From a virus, in IMG/VR virus record IMGVR_UViG_3300005573_000005: 64,000 bases of DNA, one strand, 5' to 3'. The notes under the pieces are model-generated. The model saw only the letters and a program-made list of their open reading frames with translations. It had not been told where the DNA came from and ran no database searches. The translations under genes and the position numbers were made by a program. Below, piece by piece: positions 44,462 to 52,545 of this stretch (the first letter of the stretch is position 1; each line of letters opens with the position of its first letter).

Positions 44462-44824
44462 ATGTTTGATAAAATGAAAAACTACGAGAATTTAAGGAAG
44501 AAGGGATTGAATGAAAGGCAGATAAAAGCAGTGATGTATGTGAAGGAAAAAGGGAGAATCACGAATAGAGAATACAGGAGTATGTTTGGCATTACAGATA
44601 GAATGGCACTTATTGACATTACTAAACTTTGCTTAAAAGGTATATTTGAAAAAGTTGGTGTTACTGGACGAAAAGCAGAATATATTTTGACAAGTAAAAC
44701 CCGAAATAAACCCGAAACAAACCCGAAAGTTTTTGAAGAAAAGAAAAAAATGAGGTGGCTGAGAAGAAATTCGTTGCTTAAAATGCGGGGATTTGTTCCC
44801 TATTTTCTATCGGTAATCAGATAA
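44462..44824 (+). CDS. stand-alone winged-helix DNA-binding protein resembling the C-terminal HTH of Fic / RecG-like (AAA-4) regulators
   Basis: LNERQIKAVMYVKEKGRITNREYRSMFGITDRMALIDITKLCLKGIFEKVGVTGRKAEYIL. The listed ORF begins at TTG 44411. Confidence 0.45.
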   Translation: MFDKMKNYENLRKKGLNERQIKAVMYVKEKGRITNREYRSMFGITDRMALIDITKLCLKGIFEKVGVTGRKAEYILTSKTRNKPETNPKVFEEKKKMRWLRRNSLLKMRGFVPYFLSVIR

Positions 44825-44927
44825 AATGAAATTTTTAGCGATTTTGTTTTGTTGCTTAAAAATATAATTTTTTGTTTATAAATTGCTCTTTTTTTGTTGA
44901 ATTTTTAGAGAAGAGAGGTTTTGTAAA

Positions 44928-45788
44928 GTGAAGAAGTTACTTTTAGCTATAAATGCATTTAATCGTCCTTATACGTTAAAATTATTGCTAACTTATTTAG
45001 AGTATGTTGGGTTTAGTTATCCTTTTATTGTGTTAGATCACGGTTCAACTGATTCTGAACAGATAGCTCTTTTAAAATCTTTACAGAGTAACAAAAAGCC
45101 TGGAAATTGCTTAGACATTATTAAATTTGATGTTAATCAATATAAAGGCAATTTTGCTTGTGGATTTGCTCGTAAAAATTGTATAGATTTTTTACTTGAC
45201 AAATATAGTAACTATGATTACTTTTTTGTGATAGATTGTGATATTCTTATAAACAACAAGACTATAGAGATTTGTTTGGAGGATTTTCAGAAATTGCGAG
45301 ATTGTAATTATAAAGTTGCTACTTATTCGCCTTATTCTTTTGTAGATGGGAATAATTTTGTTATTGACAATGTTATTTATTCTAATGCTGTTATAGGTGG
45401 AGATGCTTCTGTTTTTTACGATAGAAAAGCACTCATAGATATTGGTAATAACTTTGGAGCTTTTCCTGGAGGTTTTGGAGATTATCAATGGTATTGTGGC
45501 AGGAGGAAAGGTTATTTACATATTACAAGATTATCTCCAGTTTCAGAAATTCAACATTTAGGCATTTTAGATGGTTGCGTTTGTGAAAGACCGTATAGAC
45601 CATTCTGGTTAAATGATTTATTAAGAGATTGCAAGACAGGACAATATGTATCTATAAAAGATTTTAATCCTTTTGAGTTTTATCTTTTAGCTAAAAGATT
45701 TGGTTGTAAGGTTGCTTGTGACAAGTTTTTAGAGAAGTTTGAGCAAGAATTTCTTTCAACTACCGTGGAGAGAGATTGTCTAACGTGA
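44928..45788 (+). CDS. family 2 glycosyltransferase
   Basis: GTG start. LLLAINAFNRPYTLKLLLTYLEYV and YDYFFVIDCDILINNK (DxD). Confidence 0.6.
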   Translation: MKKLLLAINAFNRPYTLKLLLTYLEYVGFSYPFIVLDHGSTDSEQIALLKSLQSNKKPGNCLDIIKFDVNQYKGNFACGFARKNCIDFLLDKYSNYDYFFVIDCDILINNKTIEICLEDFQKLRDCNYKVATYSPYSFVDGNNFVIDNVIYSNAVIGGDASVFYDRKALIDIGNNFGAFPGGFGDYQWYCGRRKGYLHITRLSPVSEIQHLGILDGCVCERPYRPFWLNDLLRDCKTGQYVSIKDFNPFEFYLLAKRFGCKVACDKFLEKFEQEFLSTTVERDCLT

Positions 45789-46183
45789 AACAGAAACCTG
45801 TTATATTAAATTATGGAGGGTTAGTAAAAGCTTTAGGAAGAAAACCTGTTTTGTTATCTTTAAGGAAGGACCAACTTATAGGGAGGCTTACAGATCAGTC
45901 TTTACATGAATTGCGTAGTTTTGTTTCAAAAGGGAAAGATTTCTGGTTTAGTTTACCTGTTGTTAAGAGCAGTACGTTTGAAGAGTTGCTTGAAGAGTTC
46001 CTGACAAGTTCAGTTTCATGTCGTAATACTGTTTACAGATATGGTAAAAATTCCGATTATATGTTTCTTTTAGTAGAGAAAAATGGTTCAGCAGAATTGT
46101 ACATAGATGATGAACAAATGCGGAATTATTTAGCAAATTTGTTAGATTTTACTTTGATGGAGGAGAATAAAGATGCAAATTAG
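45776..46183 (+). CDS. hypothetical protein
   Basis: 135-aa ORF overlapping both neighbours. Start uncertain (TTG 45776 or GTG 45785). Confidence 0.4.
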   Translation: MSNVKQKPVILNYGGLVKALGRKPVLLSLRKDQLIGRLTDQSLHELRSFVSKGKDFWFSLPVVKSSTFEELLEEFLTSSVSCRNTVYRYGKNSDYMFLLVEKNGSAELYIDDEQMRNYLANLLDFTLMEENKDAN

Positions 46184-46616
46184 ACAAAGTGTTGTAGGTG
46201 TATCTACAAGTCCTGTAGTTGCAATGCTGGTTGAAAATTCTTCAACTATGGTAGTTGCTCTAAGAGTGACTAATTTGAGTAATGTTCAAGTTTCTGTTGA
46301 TGTAGAGGATTACGACGGTTCAAGCTGGACTTCTGTTCTTACAGCTTCTGCTACTGTTGAAGCGAAGGGTGTAAAAGACATAGTAGCTAATCTTAAAAGA
46401 AGTTCTACTTATCGTGTTCTTGTTACTGCGAATGCTAAAGGACAGGGACTTGTTAAAGTAGAACAAATTGTTTCTGAATATGACGTATCGGCTACAATAG
46501 CTGCGGATGATCGTCAACAGGTTCCTGGTGCTTGTTCTTCAATGTGTCAGACAGCTTGTCAGTTGTCTTGCGAACAGAATTGTCAGTCAGTTTGTGAACT
46601 TGCAAATCAAGCATAA
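46173..46616 (+). CDS. beta-rich protein with a C-terminal (C-x3)5-C cysteine-ladder tail
   Basis: About 110 aa of alternating beta-strand-like sequence, then GACSSMCQTACQLSCEQNCQSVCELANQA. Followed by a clean hairpin terminator. Confidence 0.5.
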   Translation: MQIRQSVVGVSTSPVVAMLVENSSTMVVALRVTNLSNVQVSVDVEDYDGSSWTSVLTASATVEAKGVKDIVANLKRSSTYRVLVTANAKGQGLVKVEQIVSEYDVSATIAADDRQQVPGACSSMCQTACQLSCEQNCQSVCELANQA

Positions 46617-46654
46617 TTGCTTGAACACACCTACCTGTGTTGTAAGATTTGTAT

Positions 46655-46684
46655 GGGCAAGTATGGTAGGATGCTTGCCCTTTT
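46655..46684 (+). terminator. rho-independent terminator
   Basis: gggcaag (46655-46661), a 12-nt loop, cttgccc (46674-46680), then tttt. Confidence 0.6.
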
Positions 46685-46712
46685 ACAAAAAATTTAAGGA
46701 GGTTTAGTTACA

Positions 46713-47714
46713 ATGCAGATAGTAGACCCTTACGATTTTGTTAATCAGCATGTTCAGGGTGGTAATGTTTGTTTTCTTGGTCATGGTGATTTACGTAATG
46801 ATTATATTGACCAGATTTCTTATAGAATTGCGTATTTAATGTTATCTCGGAAGTTTAAAAAGATAGTTACTGAAGGTAATGTAAAAAGATTTCGTGTAGG
46901 AGGGACTGTTGGGGTTATTAACATAGATAAAGAGTATCTTCATAGCATAATTTCACTTGAAGACATACCAGAAGGGGATTCTTATGATTATTTCAAAAAA
47001 CTTGTTGCAGACAGGCTTAAAAATGTTCTAGATACTGATGTTGATTGTTTTATTTCTGTGGGCGGTGGAGTTTTTCATGATAGCTATGACTCAATAGCTT
47101 TACATAGATTAGCTGAAATGCAATTTTATCTTGATAAAAATGTTCCTGTAGGTGTTTTTCCTATAAGTGCTTATTTCTCCAATAAGAAACTACTTACAAT
47201 CTTTACAAATGTTATAAGACAATGTAAGTTTGTTATGGTAAGAGATGCTTTTACTTATAAATGGCTTCTGTCTATAGGTGTAGATAATGTTGTTCTTAGC
47301 TGGGATTTACCTTTACTTGAGACACCTCATAAACCTCTTCAAGAATACTCTGGTAGAATTGGTGTTATTCTTACAATTGATAGAATTTCATCTAAAGGTT
47401 TTGAGAATTTACTTGAAAAGAATAATAAAAAGATGATGTTCTTTTCTACTTCTCCGAGGAAAGATGAACGAAGATTGAGATATGCTGCTTCTGAATGTGG
47501 TGGAGAACATGTGTATGCGTCTTCTCCTGATCATCTTATGGATTTAATTTCTTCTTGCAGTGCTATTGTTTCTGACAAGTACGGTGGCATTATACTTTCT
47601 GTTCTTCATGGTATTCCAGTAATACCACTTTGTGGTAAAGACCATTCTTCCAGAGGTTTTCTGGAAATGTTATCTGAGTTTAATTTTCTATCACCTCTTG
47701 AAATCCGAAAATAG
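46713..47714 (+). CDS. polysaccharide pyruvyl transferase-like protein
   Basis: ISVGGGVFHDSYDS and a C-terminal IVSDKYGGIILSVLHGIPVIPL resemble the GGG.l and RlHg.I.a...g.P.i motifs of the CsaB/WcaK family. From memory only. Confidence 0.4.
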   Translation: MQIVDPYDFVNQHVQGGNVCFLGHGDLRNDYIDQISYRIAYLMLSRKFKKIVTEGNVKRFRVGGTVGVINIDKEYLHSIISLEDIPEGDSYDYFKKLVADRLKNVLDTDVDCFISVGGGVFHDSYDSIALHRLAEMQFYLDKNVPVGVFPISAYFSNKKLLTIFTNVIRQCKFVMVRDAFTYKWLLSIGVDNVVLSWDLPLLETPHKPLQEYSGRIGVILTIDRISSKGFENLLEKNNKKMMFFSTSPRKDERRLRYAASECGGEHVYASSPDHLMDLISSCSAIVSDKYGGIILSVLHGIPVIPLCGKDHSSRGFLEMLSEFNFLSPLEIRK

Positions 47715-47723
47715 GAGTTTACT

Positions 47724-48053
47724 ATGATACAGGCAAATATAAATTATTATGATGTTCCTGCTACTCTTGGAACTATTTGCAATATAGTGGATGCTACGCA
47801 GGATACGAGATTTTTCTATTTTACTAATTTAGATAAAGTTAACACAATAACTTTGAAATTTCAGCAATCTACTGATGGAGGTAATACCTGGAATGATATT
47901 CAGGGAGCTGAAATTGTATTAGACCCTGAAGAAACAAAGTCTTTTTCTATTACAAATGCTAATTTACTACGTATAGTTGGTTCGGGAAATGCTCAATTAC
48001 TGGTAGTTCTGGTAAGAAACTTTGCTCCTAATGCTGTAACAATTGTTTTGTGA
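47724..48053 (+). CDS. small beta-rich protein (same style as the N-terminal parts of 46173 and 49961, no Cys tail)
   Basis: 109 aa with a beta-sandwich-like alternation (TITLKFQQSTDGGNTWNDIQGAEIVLDPEETKSFSITNANLLRIVGSGNAQLLVVLV). Confidence 0.45.
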   Translation: MIQANINYYDVPATLGTICNIVDATQDTRFFYFTNLDKVNTITLKFQQSTDGGNTWNDIQGAEIVLDPEETKSFSITNANLLRIVGSGNAQLLVVLVRNFAPNAVTIVL

Positions 48054-48062
48054 GAGACTTTT

Positions 48063-48944
48063 ATGAAGATCTTTATAGAAGATAAAGTTTTATTTATTGA
48101 AACAGAAAATTCTTGTTTTGGGTTTACTCCACTTGATTGTCCTGTTGAAGAAGCTTTATCTATTGTGGAAAATTTGTCTAAAGAAGATACAGAGAAAATG
48201 ATTAAATGGCTTAAGTCCCATTGTTCGGTTGTATATGCTCCTGTTTCACTTGTAGAGTCTTTGATAACTTTTCCACATTCTGGTAAAGGTTATGCTTACT
48301 TTGACGGGCAATCCTGGATACCTGTAGTTTCTTATACAAACAAACGTGAGTTATATCCTGCATTCTGTGGGGATGTTTGTTTAGGAGTAGACCTTGGTAA
48401 TAATTCCACTATTTTGATTTACGAAAGTTCGGATTTCTTTGTTGTACCTACTAATTGGGTTATTGAAGCCAGAAAGAGCTTATCTGTTCCTGATGTACTT
48501 GACAGAATAAACATGAAAAGAGGTAAAAAGAGGAAATTTTTTAAATTCTTGCGTCGTATTTCAGAAGAATACGAACCATCCAGGAATGTTCTTTATCCTT
48601 CCGTTCAGTTATTTAATTATATAAACAGAAAAATAGCTGAATTGCGTATTTATGACAAAATTGAGGATATAGAAGTTAAAGATGAGAATTTGTTTATAAT
48701 TCACTATCTTTATGGTGAGAAAGAAGAGAAAAGTTTTGAAGAAAAGTCTAAATATGAAAATTTTGTACGTTTATTAAGTGTTGTATTTCCGTATCTTGAA
48801 CAGTTTAGTTCTGATAACAAACGTATAATAGTTTGTTCTACAAGTCCTTTTGAAGCTAAATCTTCTGAGATAGTTTCTGTTAAGAAACTTGCAACTTCTT
48901 CTGCTGAACCTATTGGTTATGTAGATGAAAGAAAGGAGAATTGA
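48063..48944 (+). CDS. hypothetical protein
   Basis: 293-aa ORF. No motif recognised. Confidence 0.45.
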   Translation: MKIFIEDKVLFIETENSCFGFTPLDCPVEEALSIVENLSKEDTEKMIKWLKSHCSVVYAPVSLVESLITFPHSGKGYAYFDGQSWIPVVSYTNKRELYPAFCGDVCLGVDLGNNSTILIYESSDFFVVPTNWVIEARKSLSVPDVLDRINMKRGKKRKFFKFLRRISEEYEPSRNVLYPSVQLFNYINRKIAELRIYDKIEDIEVKDENLFIIHYLYGEKEEKSFEEKSKYENFVRLLSVVFPYLEQFSSDNKRIIVCSTSPFEAKSSEIVSVKKLATSSAEPIGYVDERKEN

Positions 48945-48945
48945 A

Positions 48946-49245
48946 ATGAAGAAATTTGGTCTTCTCTGTAGTTGCCCTATTTGTAATAGAACCTCTTTTG
49001 TAAAATGTAATGATGTTCTTACTGAAGCACTGAGAGTAAAATGTCCTTTTTGTGGTAAAGATTTTGATATTACTTTAAAGACTGAAGTTCCTCAGGAGAA
49101 GAAACCTGAGCCTGCACCTGAAAAGAAACCTTCTCCTCCGCCTGAGATGAAATCTGAAGTTGGTAAAGAAACTCCTGTTGAGAGAGAACCTGAGTCTGAA
49201 ATAGAAAGAGAGAGACCTGTATCAAGAGAGACGGAGAGAATGTAG
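48946..49245 (+). CDS. MJ0042-type zinc-finger protein with a Pro/Glu/Lys-rich tail
   Basis: RBS aaaggaga. CSCPICNRTSFVKCNDVLTEALRVKCPFCGKDF, then KKPEPAPEKKPSPPPEMK. Confidence 0.45.
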   Translation: MKKFGLLCSCPICNRTSFVKCNDVLTEALRVKCPFCGKDFDITLKTEVPQEKKPEPAPEKKPSPPPEMKSEVGKETPVEREPESEIERERPVSRETERM

Positions 49246-49247
49246 TT

Positions 49248-49526
49248 ATGGATAAAAACGGAATTTTAAAAATTTTATTCAGGAGATCTGAAGGTCTTCT
49301 TTCAGAAGATGTTACAGTTTTGTCTGATAGACCTGAGAAGGATGAAATTTTGCAAGATTTTGCTAAGAAGCATGGTGTAAAGTTTCGTAAAGATGGTAAA
49401 AAATTCCGTCTTAATGTACCTAAAGATAAATTGGGTAAAGTTTCTGCTACTCTTTCTTCTCTTGGTTTTGATGTTGCAATTGGGGATGAAAAACGATTAC
49501 AGAGAGGTTTAGCAGGACGGTTATGA
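49248..49526 (+). CDS. small hypothetical protein (weak tag-like N terminus MDKNGILKILFRRSE)
   Basis: 92-aa ORF overlapping the downstream start. Confidence 0.4.
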   Translation: MDKNGILKILFRRSEGLLSEDVTVLSDRPEKDEILQDFAKKHGVKFRKDGKKFRLNVPKDKLGKVSATLSSLGFDVAIGDEKRLQRGLAGRL

Positions 49527-49786
49527 ACAAGCATAAGATAATTGATATTTTATTTGAGAGTAAGAAGGATTTTGAACAGTTGTCAAGAGAAGGTCTTTTT
49601 GGTAAAACAAATAATTTGACTTACGATTCTTATACTAAAGTAAGAGATGCTTTTCAAAATCTTGAAAGAGTAATAGAACTTAGTTTTGGTGAGAATCAAG
49701 AGAAGATGAGAAAACTTCTCGGTTTATTACGGGAGGCTTTAGCTATTCTTGAACAAAATTATCCTGTCGAAGATAAAAAGGAATGA
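49523..49786 (+). CDS. small hypothetical protein with a tag-like N terminus MNKHKIIDILFE
   Basis: 87-aa ORF whose N terminus is a variant of MSKRYIIDKLFE. Confidence 0.45.
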   Translation: MNKHKIIDILFESKKDFEQLSREGLFGKTNNLTYDSYTKVRDAFQNLERVIELSFGENQEKMRKLLGLLREALAILEQNYPVEDKKE

Positions 49787-49790
49787 AGTT

Positions 49791-49949
49791 ATGAAGACTT
49801 TGTCCGATAAAGAGAATGTAAAAAGTTCTGATGAAGTACGGAGTGAAGTTTTAGCTGAAAAGGCTAAGAAGGTGCGTGAGATTCTTCAGGATTTGAAACG
49901 TAAAAAGATTTCTCCTGAAACTGCTGTTGAAAGACTTAAGAAATTATAA
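49791..49949 (+). CDS. small hypothetical protein
   Basis: ATG 49791 follows aaaagga. The listed ORF starts at 49749 inside the previous gene. Confidence 0.35.
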   Translation: MKTLSDKENVKSSDEVRSEVLAEKAKKVREILQDLKRKKISPETAVERLKKL

Positions 49950-49960
49950 GGAGATTTTCT

Positions 49961-50500
49961 ATGGCTAATGCATACGATTCAAAATATTTGGTTTTCAGAG
50001 ATGTTGTTAGAGATTATAAGAGATTTATTATTCCTTTTGCGAACGGTCTTACTTACAAACTACAAAATTTAGATGCGGTAAGTGTTGAGTGTTATGTATC
50101 TCTTGTTACTCTTCAAGGAGATTCTTACGGTATTATCGGAGATTTCGAATTAGCTCCTTTAGCAACATACACAGATGTGATTCCTTTTGAATGTGTTGCA
50201 GGAACAGAAGTTTCTGATCCTTTTCATCCTTATTTGTTTTTGGATTTACGTGTGGAACCTTTTGAAGGGAACGAGTGGAATACGTTGTTCAGGTATGGAC
50301 CTGTAGTTAAAGGCGTAGTAATTGAAGTTTGGCAAAATGCTCTTATGGATGTAAATAAAGAACATCCAGCACAAATACTGAGCGACCGAGAAAGATTTTT
50401 TGCTAGTTGTAGTGTTTCTTGTGAAACCTGGTGCGAATCTGGTTGCGAAACTGTTTGTCAATTTGATGTAATGTCTAAAAGTAATCCTGATGAACAGTAG
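49961..50500 (+). CDS. beta-rich protein with a C-terminal (C-x3)4-C cysteine-ladder tail
   Basis: ..FFASCSVSCETWCESGCETVCQFDVMSKSNPDEQ. Same architecture as 46173..46616. Confidence 0.5.
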   Translation: MANAYDSKYLVFRDVVRDYKRFIIPFANGLTYKLQNLDAVSVECYVSLVTLQGDSYGIIGDFELAPLATYTDVIPFECVAGTEVSDPFHPYLFLDLRVEPFEGNEWNTLFRYGPVVKGVVIEVWQNALMDVNKEHPAQILSDRERFFASCSVSCETWCESGCETVCQFDVMSKSNPDEQ

Positions 50501-50521
50501 AATTGGAAGGGGTAAATAAAA

Positions 50522-51379
50522 ATGAAGTTTATACTTAGATTCTTTTCTATTTTTCTTCTGTTTACATCTTACAGTTTGTCTGACGCTCCTTTTTCTATGG
50601 AAATTGGTACTAATTCAGTTAAAGTAAGTGCTGAAGCTATTTCTTCTCTTTTTAGTTTAGCTTCCTGGAGAGCTACTAATACATACACTCAAGGGAGTTT
50701 GGTAAAGTATGGCAGTAATGTGTATATGGCTGTAAATGGTGGTATTAGTGGTACTACTGCACCAACACATACTTATGGTGAGGTTTCAGATGGTAGTATA
50801 CTTTGGAGGTATTTAAATAAGCGGACCTCTAGAATAGTAGTATTATCTAATTTGTCTACTAATAATGTCTATTTGTCTGTAAACGGACCTGCGGAAGTAG
50901 AGAAAGGTATTTTATTGTTACCTTATGAAACAAAATTCTTTTTAGGTATTAGAGAACCTATCTTTGCTATATCTTCAGGAACAAGTAAAATACTTTTACA
51001 GGAACTTACTTCTGCAAGTTTCTTAGGTGGTAGCGGTGTTAATGTTAGTGTTAATGTTGAAGGTGGTTCTGGTGGTGGTACAGATGAACGTTATAGCACT
51101 ATTATTTGTGGTGTTAAAACTGTTAGTAATCCAAGTACTCCTGAGAAATTGGTTGCAAGTAGTACTCCTTGCAAGGCTGTTTGGGTTGGAGCAAGGTGTA
51201 ATGAAAATGGTGTTGCTTTAAATACAAAACCTTGTTTCTTAGGCGGTAGTTCAGCTCAATATATAACTCTTCGTACCGACAATTTTGAGGGTTTTACATT
51301 TAAAGTATCTGATGCTACTAATATCTATGTTAAGGTTGGTGCTTCTGGAGAAGGTGTGTTCTATGCTATCTTCCAATAG
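50522..51379 (+). CDS. secretion-signal-bearing protein with a CBM5/12-like carbohydrate-binding motif
   Basis: N terminus MKFILRFFSIFLLFTSYSLSDA (n-h-c signal-peptide layout). WRATNTYTQGSLVKYGSNVYMAVNGGISGTTAPTHTYGEVSDGSILWRYL matches the W..Y..G..V.Y.G..Y.a......P......W pattern of CBM5/12. Confidence 0.5.
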   Translation: MKFILRFFSIFLLFTSYSLSDAPFSMEIGTNSVKVSAEAISSLFSLASWRATNTYTQGSLVKYGSNVYMAVNGGISGTTAPTHTYGEVSDGSILWRYLNKRTSRIVVLSNLSTNNVYLSVNGPAEVEKGILLLPYETKFFLGIREPIFAISSGTSKILLQELTSASFLGGSGVNVSVNVEGGSGGGTDERYSTIICGVKTVSNPSTPEKLVASSTPCKAVWVGARCNENGVALNTKPCFLGGSSAQYITLRTDNFEGFTFKVSDATNIYVKVGASGEGVFYAIFQ

Positions 51380-51388
51380 GAGGTGATT

Positions 51389-52204
51389 ATGGCTACTGTT
51401 ACTTCTGTTAAAAGCGGTTATTGGCATGACTCAGATACATGGGATGTTGGTGTTCCTCAAGAGAGTGATGATGTCGTGGTTCAGCAAGGACATATAGTAA
51501 CTTTAAATCAACCTATGGATACAATTCTTAATTCTATTAGTAATTCTGGCTCGTTGTATTTGGCTGGTTCTGGTTATGCTACAACAGTTACGAACTCAGG
51601 TTATTTAGAAATTGAATTGGGGAGTGACAATTGGATAAACACAGCTTTTACTAATGCTGGTACTTTACGGTTTAGTGTACTGTATAATGATTCTTTTTTG
51701 CATGGACCCATTGCTAATTATGCTAATGTTGAAGGTTTTTCGTATAATTTCTATTCCTTGCTTATATTTGATGGTAGTTATTGTTATCACGGTTATTCGG
51801 ATAGTTTACTTGAAGTAGTTGGTGGATTGTTACTGCATGGCAACGGCTCAGTTATTATTTTGGACGGTGGTGCAAAGTTTGTTGTAGACAGTGATAGTTC
51901 TGTAGAAATTAACCAATTTGGGGATGCAATGATTTATGCAGATGATGGTTCTGAGCTCTATATTTATGGTTTGTTATTGTCGTCTTACGGATATCCTGAG
52001 GTTGTTTCTTTGTATTTAAACGGGAAAATGTATATCTGGGGGACTTTTAATAATTATAGAGGATGTAGTGTGTCAAGAGTTGGTGGACATGGTACGATTT
52101 ACTTAATGAGTCGTAGTAAAGTGTTAGAGTTTTCATCGAATTTTATATATGGTGAAGGTGTATCTATTGTACCATCTATCCCATATCAACCGCATGATAT
52201 TTAA
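51389..52204 (+). CDS. putative beta-helix / G8-like adhesin or fibre protein
   Basis: SGYWHDSDTWDVGVPQESDDVVVQQGHIVTLNQ is typical of the start of G8/parallel beta-helix domains. ATG 51389 follows aggagg. Confidence 0.35.
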   Translation: MATVTSVKSGYWHDSDTWDVGVPQESDDVVVQQGHIVTLNQPMDTILNSISNSGSLYLAGSGYATTVTNSGYLEIELGSDNWINTAFTNAGTLRFSVLYNDSFLHGPIANYANVEGFSYNFYSLLIFDGSYCYHGYSDSLLEVVGGLLLHGNGSVIILDGGAKFVVDSDSSVEINQFGDAMIYADDGSELYIYGLLLSSYGYPEVVSLYLNGKMYIWGTFNNYRGCSVSRVGGHGTIYLMSRSKVLEFSSNFIYGEGVSIVPSIPYQPHDI

Positions 52205-52222
52205 CAAAAAGGAGGGAAATAA

Positions 52223-52543
52223 ATGCTAATAGAAGTAACTGATCAAGAACTTCAAATTCTTAATAACATACGAAAAACGCCAGAGCAAAGAAAGCAAGAA
52301 GCAGAAGCTCGTCGTCAAGCATTGTTAAACCAATTACCTGAAGAGAAACGTGCTGAGATTTTACGCAGAGAACAAGAGTATGCAGCTCTTTCTGAGAAAG
52401 AGAAAGCACGATTGGTGTCTGTACGTTTGATTCTTATTGGTGTTTCTCGTCTTAAATCTTTAGGACCTATTGATAAGAAACTTTTATCTCAGTCTGAAAT
52501 TGCTACTTTACAAACCTTGAGAGGCAGTGATTTGTTGGTTTAA
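52223..52543 (+). CDS. hypothetical coiled-coil protein
   Basis: Strong RBS (aaggaggg). Charged helical sequence. Confidence 0.45.
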   Translation: MLIEVTDQELQILNNIRKTPEQRKQEAEARRQALLNQLPEEKRAEILRREQEYAALSEKEKARLVSVRLILIGVSRLKSLGPIDKKLLSQSEIATLQTLRGSDLLV

Positions 52544-52545
52544 CT

